The translations under genes were made by a program, and so were the position numbers. This document shows, piece after piece, positions 50,491 through 60,677 of a stretch of 64,000 nt of DNA. Under the pieces are notes generated by a model, which had not been told where the DNA came from, ran no database searches, and worked only from the letters and a program-made list of their open reading frames with translations. Origin of the DNA: an uncultured Acidobacteriota bacterium (lineage in GTDB: Bacteria > Acidobacteriota > Vicinamibacteria > Vicinamibacterales > CAVVIG01); contig CAVSLA010000004.1 in assembly GCA_963728825.1 (NCBI GenBank), forward strand, positions 1,664,733 through 1,728,732. Direction: 5' to 3'. The first letter of the stretch is position 1, and every line of letters starts with the position of its first letter.

Positions 50491-52181
50491 ATGAAACAGG
50501 GGTATGTAACCGGTCTTGCGGTCGTGCTGACCGCGCTTCTTTCCGGCCCGGCACAGGCACAGACGCAACTCTCGGAAGAGCGCATCAAGGAATTGATCCG
50601 CGAGGCATCGAAAACCTCGATCGAGACGCCGACGCCGTCGTCGAGCGTCCAGGTACCAGGCGAAGGTCCGACCGTCGCCCTGACCCTGGACGACGCGGTA
50701 CGCTTCGCGCTGGAACGCAATCTGGACATCGCGGTGCAGCGGCTCAATCCGCAGCTGCAGGACATCGCGATGGCGACCGCCCGCGCCGCGTTCTGCAGCC
50801 GTCGCTCACCTCGGCGTTCAGCCGGGCCTCGCAGACGCTCGCCGCCGACCAGCGCGATCGACCTCTCCTCCGGCGGCGGCGGTACCAAGACCGGCACGAC
50901 GACCTACAACGGCGAGCTGTCACGAAGCTGATGCCGTTCTACGGCGGCCAGTTCACCGCGGTGCTGAACAACAACCGTCAGGAGACGACGCGGAACAACG
51001 CCACCTTCAATCCGTCGTTCAACTCGACCTGGACGTTCCAGTACATGCAGCCGCTCCTCCGCGATTTCCGGATCGATACACAACGCCGGCAGCTGCAGGT
51101 CGCGCAGGTCAACCGCGACATCTCAGAGGTCCAGCTCCGCGCGTCGATCACGAACCTCGTCTCGAACGTGCGCAACGCCTACTGGGACTACGTGTTCACG
51201 ACGCAGGCCGTCGAAGTGGCGCGGCAGTCGTTCGATCTCGCCAACAAGCTGGTGCAGGACAACCAGATCCGCGTCGAGATCGGCACGATGGCGCCGATCG
51301 ACGTCGTCCAGGCGCAGGCCGAGCAGGCGACGCGGCGGCAGGCGCTCGTGACCGCCGAAAACCTCCGCCGGACCGCCGAGCTCTCGCTGAAGCGGTTGAT
51401 CGTGTCCGGCACCGAAGATTCGAACTGGCTGGCGACGCTCGATCCGGTCGATCGACCGGACTTCGTGCCGGAGCCGGTGGACATCGAGGCCGCCATCCGC
51501 AACGCGCTCAGCCAGCGCACCGACCTCGAGATCGCGCGGCGCAACGTCGAGAACAATTCGACGACGCTGTCGTTCCTGCGCAACCAGGCGCTGCCGATCG
51601 TCGACCTTCAGCTGAACTACGGGGTCCAGGGCGTCGGCGGACCGTTCTCCCAGCGCACGACGATTCTGGGAGAGTCGACGACGCAGGTTGTCCCGGGCGG
51701 ACCGCTCGACGCCTACGCGTCGCTGTTCGCGTTCGACAACCCCCGCTGGACGCTCGGCGTGAATGTCACGTATCCGCTGGGCCTCAGCACCCAGGAAGCG
51801 GCGGTGGCGCGGGCGCGCGTGCAGTTGACCCAGATCCAGTCCCAGCTCCGTCAAATCGAGCTGCAGGTAGCCCACGACGTCACGAACTCGGCGATTCAGG
51901 TGCGCAACACCGCCGAGTCGGTCCAGGCATCGCAGGCGGCACGCGAGCTGTCGATGCGCCGCCTCGAAGCGGAACAGAGCAAGTTCGAGGTCGGGATGTC
52001 GACCAACTATTTTGTCGTTCAGGCGCAGCGCGACTTGAACGAGGCCCGCAACAGCGAGCTGCGCGCGCTGCTCAACTACCGGAAGGCGCTCGTCGAGCTG
52101 GAGCGCCTGCAGCAGACCACTCTGTCGAACGCGAATATCACGGTCATCGCGGCGGGCGGCGGCGGTGGTGGTGGATTCTAG
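50491..52181 (+). pseudogene. TolC-family outer membrane efflux protein; three frame changes near the 5' end
   Basis: A signal peptide and LTLDDAVRFALERNLDIA (ORF 50491..50931) join the main body (50931..52181) with two OEP repeats. Shifts lie near 50793, 50843 and 50922. The C-terminus ends AAGGGGGGGF. Confidence 0.85.
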
Positions 52182-52229
52182 ACGTCTGGCTGTCGCGGAT
52201 TCGACAGCGGTGAAAGAGAAACCAACATC

Positions 52230-53642
52230 ATGAAGCGTTCGATTATCGGTCTGGTGATTGTGGCGGCGGTTGGCGCCGGAGCCGCGTACTACATGCGGGA
52301 CGGGGCCGCCGAAGGCTCGTCGCCCGATTCGCGCAGCGGCGGCGCCGGTGGCCGCGGTAACCCTGGTGGCGGCGGCGGTTTCGGCGGCGGCTTTGGTGGC
52401 CCTGGCGGGTTTGGCGGCGGTCCCGGCTTCGGCGGGCCGCGGATGCCGATGACCGTCGAGCTCGCCTCCGTCACGCGCGGCGACGTGGCGCTGCAGATTC
52501 AGGTGGTCGGCAATCTGATCGGCGCGGCTACGGTTGCGGCGACCCCCAAAGTCAGCGGACGGCTCGAGACCGTCACCGTCCGGCTGGGCGATCGGGTGAC
52601 GCGTGGTGAGCGAATTGCGAAAATCGAGGACCGCGAGCTTCAGGAACAGCTCAAACAATCCGAGGCCGCCTACGCGGTTGCGCAGGCGACCATCCGCCAG
52701 CGCGACGCCGACCTCAAGCTCGCGCAGGTCAACCGCGAGCGCAATGCCAACCTGCACGAACGGCAGTTGATTTCGAGGCAGACCTTCGACGATACGGAAG
52801 CACGGTACCAGGCAGCCGAAGCCCAGGTCGATCTCGCCCAGGCGCAGCTGCTCGCCGCGGAGTCGCGTCTCGACGAGCTCAAGATCAACCTGTCGAACAC
52901 CGTGATCACGTCGCCGGTGAACGGCTTCGTCGCCTCGCGTTCGTTGGACCCCGGCGCCTGGGTGACGCCCAACACCGCGTTCCTGTCGCTGGTCGACATC
53001 AGCACGGTGCGGCTGGTCACCAACGTCGTGGAGAGGGACCTTCGACGCATCCAGCTCGGGCTGGCCGCCGACGTCGAGGTCGATGCGTTCCCCGGCGAGA
53101 AGTTCAAGGGCCGCGTGGCGCATATGTCGCCCATCCTCGATCCGGCGACCCGGACCGCACAGATCGAAGTCGAGATCACGAATCCGAACGCCCGGCTGAA
53201 GCCGGGGATGTACGCCAAGGTGGACTTCACGGTCGACAAGAAGGAAAACACGCTGGTCGTGCCGGCAGCCGCGGTCGTGGACGTGGCCGGCAAGCGGGGG
53301 GTGTTCCTGCCCGGTGAGGGGGACGTCGCGAAGTTCCAGCCGATTCGAGCTGGGGGTGAGCGACCGCCGACCTGGTCGAAGATCTCGGGTGGACTCCACG
53401 AGGGTCAGCGCATCATCACGACCGGCGCCGGCGCGCTACGCGAGAACGATCGCATTGTCCTGCCCGGCCAGTCGCCGCAGAACGCGGGCCAGGGTGGCCG
53501 CGGCGGGCGTGGCACCGGCCGCCGCGGCGGCGCGCCCGGAGGCGAGGGCGGCAGCGGGGCCCCGGCTGGCGGTCAGCGCGAGGGCGCTCCGCAGCAGGCG
53601 CCGCGCGGTGAAGGCGCGCCGATTCGTCCCAGGACCGATTGA
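52230..53642 (+). CDS. Efflux RND periplasmic adaptor (MFP/HlyD family) with Gly-rich N- and C-terminal tracts
   Basis: 470 aa, uninterrupted. Lipoyl/barrel-sandwich hairpin pattern (GRLETVTVRLGDRVTRGERIAKIED.., VITSPVNGFV). Confidence 0.88.
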   Translation: MKRSIIGLVIVAAVGAGAAYYMRDGAAEGSSPDSRSGGAGGRGNPGGGGGFGGGFGGPGGFGGGPGFGGPRMPMTVELASVTRGDVALQIQVVGNLIGAATVAATPKVSGRLETVTVRLGDRVTRGERIAKIEDRELQEQLKQSEAAYAVAQATIRQRDADLKLAQVNRERNANLHERQLISRQTFDDTEARYQAAEAQVDLAQAQLLAAESRLDELKINLSNTVITSPVNGFVASRSLDPGAWVTPNTAFLSLVDISTVRLVTNVVERDLRRIQLGLAADVEVDAFPGEKFKGRVAHMSPILDPATRTAQIEVEITNPNARLKPGMYAKVDFTVDKKENTLVVPAAAVVDVAGKRGVFLPGEGDVAKFQPIRAGGERPPTWSKISGGLHEGQRIITTGAGALRENDRIVLPGQSPQNAGQGGRGGRGTGRRGGAPGGEGGSGAPAGGQREGAPQQAPRGEGAPIRPRTD

Positions 53643-53691
53643 GATTGAGACCGTCCGCGAAGCGGACCCGCAAGTGTGAAACGGAGCGAGC

Positions 53692-56600
53692 ATGAGTATC
53701 CCGCGCTTTGCCATCGAACGTCCCGTGATGATGACGATGATCAGCTCGATCATCATCCTGCTCGGCGGTATTTCCCTGACCCGGCTGCCGGTCGACCTGC
53801 TGCCGGACGTCTCGCAGCCGACCATCACCGTCCGTGTGAACTACACGGGCGTCGGTCCGCTCGAGATGGAGGAGCTCATCACCCGTCCGCTCGAGCAGCA
53901 GCTGAGCGCGGTGTCGGGTCTCGAGCAGATGAACTCCTCGTCGAACGAAGGCAACTCGCAGGTCCGCCTCAACTTCACCTGGGGCCACGACCTCAACGAG
54001 GCGATGGACGAAATCCGCACGCGCATCGACCGCGTCCGCGGCCGCCTGCCGGAAGACGCTGATCCGCCGCAGATCCAGAAGTTCGACTCGAACGCCGCCC
54101 CGATCATGGGCCTGGCGGCTCGAAAGCTCCGACGGCACGCTCGATCGCGTGGCGCTGCGCGAGCTGGCTGAACAGGTGCTGTCGCCGCGCATCGAGCGCG
54201 TGCCCGGCGTCGCCGCGGTGACGGTCAACGGCGGTCTGCGGCGTCAGATCCACGTCGAGCTGTCGCGCGAGAAGATCACCGCGCTCGACCTCTCGGTCGA
54301 TCGGATCGTCAACGTCCTGCGGACCGAAAACCAGAACATCCCGATCGGCGAGATCTACCAGGGCGATCGCGCCTACCTGCTGCGCAGCACCGGCCAGTTC
54401 GAAACCCTCGAGCAGATTCGCAACCTCGTCGTGATGACGCGCACCGGCGTGCCGGTCTACCTGAAGGACATCGCCGACGTCAAAGACACGACCGAGGACA
54501 ACCGATCGATCCTCCGGATCAACGGCCGGCAGGGCGTGCGCATGCAGGTGACCAAGCAGTCGGGCACCAACACGGTGCAGATTGCCGAGGGTGTGCGGGC
54601 AGAGATGGAGCGCATCAATCGCGAGGTGCCGGGCGTCCGCCTGACGCTGCTCGACGACAGCGCGAAGTTCATCGAGCGGTCGATTCACGCCGTTCAGGAG
54701 CACGTGATGATCGGCTCGGTGCTGGTCATCGGCATCATCTTCCTGTTCCTGCGCAATTTCCGCTCGACGCTGATCGTCTGCACCTCGATCCCGATCTCCG
54801 TGATCGGCACCTTCGCGCTGCTCTACTTCGGCGGTCTGACGCTGAATACGATGACCTTCGGCGGCCTCGCGCTCGGCGTCGGCATGGTCGTCGACGCGGC
54901 CATCGTCGTGCTGGAGAACTCGTTCCGGCACATGGAGCACCACGGCAAGGATCGGATGACGGCGGCGATTGACGGCAGCGAGGAGGTCTGGTCGGCGATT
55001 CTGGCGTCGATTCTCACCCACATCGCCGTGTTCGTGCCGCTGCTCTTCCTCGAGGGCGTCTCGAGCGTCATGTTCCGACAGCTGTCGATCGTCGTCGTGC
55101 TTCTCGCTGGCGATGTCGCTGTTCGTGGCGGTCACGCTGGTGCCGGTGCTCTGCTCGCGCCTGCTCGTGCTGCCGCCGCCCGCCGACCAGCGGACGGGCC
55201 TCGGCGGCAGGCTGTATTCGCTCAGCGAGCGGATGCTCAACGGCATGGACGAGGGTTACCGCAAGCTGCATCCATCTCGCGCTCGCCCACCGGCCGACCG
55301 TGATCGGCCTCAGCGCTCGCGTCGGTGGTCGCGGCCGTGATGATCTACCCGCACGCTGTCGACCGAGTTCAGCACGCAGACCGACGAGGGGCAGGTGCAG
55401 GTCAACATCGAGCTGCCGCGCGGCACACGCATCGAGATCACGGCTCCGGTGCTCGATCGCGTCGAGCAGATGGTCAAGGAGCTCGTTCCCGAGGCGACCG
55501 ACATGATCGTCAACGCCGGCGCGGGCGGCGGCGGCTTCGGCGGCCCTGGCGGCGGCGGTGGCGGCGGCGGCAACCGCGGCAACATTCAGCTGCTGCTCAC
55601 GCCGAAAGACGAGCGGACCCGTTCGAGCGAGCAGATCGCCATGGACCTGCGGCGCCAGCTGGCCGGAATCCCCGGCGTGATCGTCCGCGCCAATGCGTCG
55701 GGCGGCAACCAGCAGATGAACCGTTTCCTCTCCGGCGGCGGCAACAACGGCGGTGGCCGGCTCGCGCTCGAGATCCGCGGCGAGGACCTGGTCGAAGCAC
55801 AGCGCGTGGCGCAGGCGACCAAGGACCTGCTCGACACGGTGCCCGGCATCGCCGACGCGCGGCTCGGCCGCGACGATGGCCGTCCCGAGCTCGCGGTCCG
55901 CGTCGACCGTGCCAAGGCGGCGCTGCTCGGCATCAGCGCGACCACCGTCGCCAACACGATCCGCACGAACGTCTCGGGCACGCAGGCCGCGATGTTCCGG
56001 CAGTCCGGCAAGGAGTACCCGATCATCGTCCGGCTGCGTGAAGACGAACGGCAGCTCGTCACCGACGTCGAGGACGTCCTGATCAGCACGCCGCAGGGCC
56101 AGGTGCTGCCGGCGAAGAACCTGATGCGCGATCGACAACGCGGTCGGCCCCGTCTCGATCGAGCGCAAGAACCAGCAGCGCATCACCATGGTCAGCGCCG
56201 AGCCCGAAGTGACGTTGAGCGATGCGGTCAAATCAGTGGAAGATCGCATGGCGCCGCTCGTCGCCTCGTTGCCGCGCGACTTCAGCGTCGGCTTCGGCGC
56301 CGAAGTCGAGCAGCAGGCCGAGGCGTTCAACCAGCTGCGCATGGTGCTGATCCTCGCGCTGGTCCTGGTCTACGCGGTCATGGCGTCGCAGTACGAGTCG
56401 CTGCGCGATCCGTTCATCATCATGTTCTCGGTGCCGACCGCCGCCCTCGGCGTCGTCGGATCGCTGTGGCTGACCGGGACGTCGTTCAACATGCAGGCCT
56501 ACATCGGCATCATCATGCTGGCCGGCATCGTCGTCAGCAACGGCATCCTGCTGGTCGACTACACGAACGTGCTGCGGCGCCGCGACGGTCTGCCGCTTCG

Positions 56601-56871
56601 TCAGGCGGTCGAGGTCGCCGGACGGACGCGTCTCCGCCCGATTCTGATGACCTCGATCGCGACGATGCTCGGGCTGGTGCCGATGTCGCTGGGGATCGGC
56701 GAAGGCAGCGAGCTGCAGGTGCCACTGGCCCGCGTCGTGATCGGCGGGTTGCTGACCTCGCTCGCCATTACCCTGGTGCTGGTGCCGACGGTCTACACAA
56801 TCTTCGAGGAGGGCATCGGCGGCCTCTGGCGGCGACCGAAGCACGACGAGACCCACGTCGAGGCTCGATGA
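53692..56871 (+). pseudogene. RND efflux transporter (AcrB/HAE1-like, about 1059 aa); six frame changes
   Basis: MSIPRFAIERPVMMTM.. through ..LVPTVYTIFEEG is rebuilt from ORFs 53692..54171, 54149..55303, 54969..55340, 55300..55506, 55325..56041, 55395.. and 56188..56871. Each junction is a +1 step, near 54118, 55100, 55268, 55312, 55352 and 56125. Confidence 0.88.
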
Positions 56872-58625
56872 AGAAAGCGATCGTCTCGCTCGTCGCCATC
56901 GCGGTCGTCGGCGGCGGGGCCTATGGCTACTATCGATATCGCCAGAAGGCACCCGAACCGACCGTCATGACCGCGGCGGTGACGCGAGGCGACGTCGCCG
57001 ACACCGTCGGCGCCACTGGCACGCTGCAGGCGGTGACCACCGTCCAGGTCGGTACCCAGGTTTCGGGCACGATCAAAGAGCTCCACGCCGACTTCAACTC
57101 GCTGGTCAAGCGGGGACAGGTCATCGCCAGGCTCGATCCGTCGCTCTTCGAGACGCAGATCGAGCAGGCGCGCGCCAATCTCATCCGTGCTCAAGCCGAT
57201 CTCGAGCGATTGAAGGTCACGCTCGACGATGCCCGGACCAAGCTGAACCGGGCCAGGGAGCTCGCGGAGCGGCAGCTGATTCCACAGAGCGAGCTGGATA
57301 CCGCGGAGGTAACGGTCCGATCGACCGATGCCCAGATTCGCTCGTCCCAGGCGCAGGTGACGCAGGCAGAGGCATCGCTCAACCAGAATCAGGTCAACCT
57401 GGCGCATACCGTCATCGCCGCGCCAATCGACGGCCTGGTCATCTCCCGCAATGTGGACGTCGGGCAGACGGTGGCGGCCAGCATGTCGGCGCCGACCCTG
57501 TTCGTGCTCGCAGCCGACCTGACGAAGATGCAGGTCGTCGCGAATCTCGACGAATCGGACGTCGGGCGCATCCGTCCCGGTCAGCGTGTCACGTTCAGCG
57601 TGGACGCATACCCCGCTGACGAATTCATCGGAAAGGTCGCCCAGGTTCGGCTGCAGCCGATCGTTCAGCAGAACGTCGTGACCTACGCAACGGTGATCGA
57701 CGTCCCGAACCCGGAGCTGAAGCTGAAGCCGGGGATGACCGCCAATGTGAACGTCGAGATCGCCCGGAAATCCGACGTGCTCCGCGTCCCGAACGCAGCC
57801 CTGAGATTCCGGCCGACGCCGGAGATGTTCGCGGCGCTGGGGCTGACACCGCCGGCAGCCGGTCCGGCCGGGCGTGGTGCACGGGAAGCGCAGAATGCCC
57901 CCGCTTCACCGGGCGTTCAGGGTTCACAAGGTCCGGAGGGTGCAGCACCGATCACACGTCGTGAGCCGGCGACACTGCCCGCACCCGGCGGCGAACCGCG
58001 CGCGCCACGTGGCTCTGGTGCAGGTGACGGACCGAGCGCACCTGTTGCACCCAGTACACCGGGTGAACCGTCTCTCGAGCGGCGCGGCGGGCGCGGCGGG
58101 TCTGGCGATCCGGCGAGAATGGCGGAGCGGATGCAGAACCTGTCGCCAGAGCAGCGCGAACAGATGATGGCGCGGATGCGCGGACGTGGCGGCGACGGCA
58201 GCGGCGATCCTGGCGCCATGACTGGCGGCCGCGGCCGGGGGCCGGCAGCCGGTACCGCCCAGCAGCCGGCGATGAACGCCCGGAAGCAGAGCGCCACGAC
58301 GGTCGACGCGCTGTTCGGACCGTTGCCGGAGGTTGAAACCCGCGGACAGGTCTGGCGCTACCAGGACAAGCAGCTGACGCCACTCCGGCTGCGGCTGGGC
58401 ATCAGCGATGGACAGATGACCGAGCTGCTCGAGGGAGAGCTCGACCCAGGCATCGAGTTGGTCACCAACATCAACACCGGGACGGAAGCCGTCCGAACGC
58501 AACCCGGATTCGGCGGCTTCCCGCCGTTCATGGGTCCTGGCGGACGGGGCGGTGACGGGCGCGGTGGCGGCGGGAATCGTGGTGGCGGCGGCGGTGGAAA
58601 CCGCGGCGGCGGCGGGGGCCGCTGA
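56868..58625 (+). CDS. MacA-like periplasmic adaptor with a long disordered insertion and a Gly/Arg-rich tail
   Basis: The ATG at 56868 overlaps the RND TGA. HlyD-type hairpin (VTRGDVADTV.., VIAAPIDGLVISRNV). An insertion of about 175 aa (aa ~316-490) precedes the last beta domain (VWRYQDKQLTPLRLRLGISDG). The tail is GGGGNRGGGGGGNRGGGGGR. Confidence 0.85.
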   Translation: MKKAIVSLVAIAVVGGGAYGYYRYRQKAPEPTVMTAAVTRGDVADTVGATGTLQAVTTVQVGTQVSGTIKELHADFNSLVKRGQVIARLDPSLFETQIEQARANLIRAQADLERLKVTLDDARTKLNRARELAERQLIPQSELDTAEVTVRSTDAQIRSSQAQVTQAEASLNQNQVNLAHTVIAAPIDGLVISRNVDVGQTVAASMSAPTLFVLAADLTKMQVVANLDESDVGRIRPGQRVTFSVDAYPADEFIGKVAQVRLQPIVQQNVVTYATVIDVPNPELKLKPGMTANVNVEIARKSDVLRVPNAALRFRPTPEMFAALGLTPPAAGPAGRGAREAQNAPASPGVQGSQGPEGAAPITRREPATLPAPGGEPRAPRGSGAGDGPSAPVAPSTPGEPSLERRGGRGGSGDPARMAERMQNLSPEQREQMMARMRGRGGDGSGDPGAMTGGRGRGPAAGTAQQPAMNARKQSATTVDALFGPLPEVETRGQVWRYQDKQLTPLRLRLGISDGQMTELLEGELDPGIELVTNINTGTEAVRTQPGFGGFPPFMGPGGRGGDGRGGGGNRGGGGGGNRGGGGGR

Positions 58626-58627
58626 AG

Positions 58628-58652
58628 AATTTACAATTCACAATTGTAAATT
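58628..58652. repeat. AT-rich perfect hairpin AATTTACAATT-CAC-AATTGTAAATT
   Basis: 11-bp arms and a 3-nt loop, ending 9 nt before the macB-like ATG. Same word as the palindrome after groEL. Confidence 0.85.
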
Positions 58653-58661
58653 GGAAATTTC

Positions 58662-59882
58662 ATGTCTCCTGTAATGACCTTCCGGATCGCCTTCAAGGCG
58701 CTGGGCCGCAACAAGATGCGGACGGCGCTCACCATGCTCGGCATGATCATCGGCGTGTCGGCCGTGATCACGCTGGTCGCAATGGGCAACGGCGCGACCG
58801 CGGTCATCGAAGATCAAATCAAGGGCGCCGGCACGAACATGATCACCGTGAACGCGGGTAATGCGTCTCAGGGTGGCGTGCGCGGCGGGGCCGGTACGTC
58901 CAGCGCGCTGACGGTCGAAGACGCCGACGCGGTCCGTGAGGAAGTGCCCGGCGTCCAGTATCTCGCCGCCGGCATCTCGATGCAGACCCAGGTGGTTGCC
59001 GGCAACCAGAACTGGTTCACCAGGATTCAGGGAACCGACGTCGACCTCCCGATGATTCGCGCCTGGCCGACGCGCATGGGCAGCTTTTTCAGCCCGCAGG
59101 ATGTGGCTGGCGCTGCGAAAGTCGCGGTGCTCGGCAAATCGGTCAGCGACACCCTGTTCGGCCCGGACGCCGATCCGGTCGGTCAGGTCATCCGCATCAG
59201 GAATCAGCCGTTCAAGGTCGTCGGCGTGATGGCCGCCAAGGGTCAGACCGGCATGGGCCCCGACATGGACGACCAGATTCTCGCCCCCTACACTACCGTC
59301 ATGAAGAAGTTGATGGGCGCGACCTCCATCCGCGAGATCGTGGTGTCGGCCGCGAGCGCTGAGCAGACCACCCCGGTCGCCGACTCGATCGCGATCCTGC
59401 TGCGAAACCGCCACCAGATCGCTCCCGGCCAGGACGACGATTTCTTCGTGCGGACCGCCGAGGAGATCGCCGACATCCGCACCGCCGCGATGGGCACGAT
59501 GACGACGCTGCTCGCCGGCATTGCCGGCGTGTCGCTGATCGTCGGCGGCATCGGCATCATGAACATCATGCTGGTGTCGGTGACCGAGCGGACGCGCGAG
59601 ATCGGGTTGCGCATGGCGATCGGCGCCAAGGGACGCGACGTCCTGTTGCAGTTCCTCGTCGAAGCGATTGCGCTCAGCCTGGTCGGCGGCGGCATCGGGA
59701 TCGCCCTGGGCTTCGGGATGGCCGAAGGCCTCTCGCGCTGGCAGGGCTGGCCGGCCAAAGTCCCACCCAACGCGGTGGCGATGGCCTTCGGCTTTGCCGC
59801 GGCCACTGGTGTCTTCTTCGGGTTCTATCCCGCCCGCAAGGCGGCGAGCCTGGATCCCATCGACGCCCTGCGGTTCGAGTAG
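58662..59882 (+). CDS. MacB-type ABC transporter permease (periplasmic core domain plus FtsX-like TM domain)
   Basis: 406 aa, uninterrupted. N-terminal TM segment, a large periplasmic domain and a C-terminal FtsX fold (..ERTREIGLRMAIGA.., FFGFYPARKAA). Confidence 0.88.
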   Translation: MSPVMTFRIAFKALGRNKMRTALTMLGMIIGVSAVITLVAMGNGATAVIEDQIKGAGTNMITVNAGNASQGGVRGGAGTSSALTVEDADAVREEVPGVQYLAAGISMQTQVVAGNQNWFTRIQGTDVDLPMIRAWPTRMGSFFSPQDVAGAAKVAVLGKSVSDTLFGPDADPVGQVIRIRNQPFKVVGVMAAKGQTGMGPDMDDQILAPYTTVMKKLMGATSIREIVVSAASAEQTTPVADSIAILLRNRHQIAPGQDDDFFVRTAEEIADIRTAAMGTMTTLLAGIAGVSLIVGGIGIMNIMLVSVTERTREIGLRMAIGAKGRDVLLQFLVEAIALSLVGGGIGIALGFGMAEGLSRWQGWPAKVPPNAVAMAFGFAAATGVFFGFYPARKAASLDPIDALRFE

Positions 59883-59895
59883 GCACACCTCGGGT

Positions 59896-60642
<747 letters not shown>

Positions 60643-60677
60643 TCCTCGCGGACCTAGCCAGCGCCGGCCGGCGACGG

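Noticed and set aside
51123-53399. 758-aa ORF on the minus strand
   Set aside because: It is antisense to the TolC-like and MFP genes, has no recognisable domains and shows an off-frame Arg/Gly/Pro bias.
55395-58625. 1076-aa plus-strand ORF suggesting an RND-adaptor fusion protein
   Set aside because: It is a chimera of a true RND segment, about 740 nt of wrong frame, and the MacA-like gene, which has its own ATG at 56868 overlapping the real RND stop.
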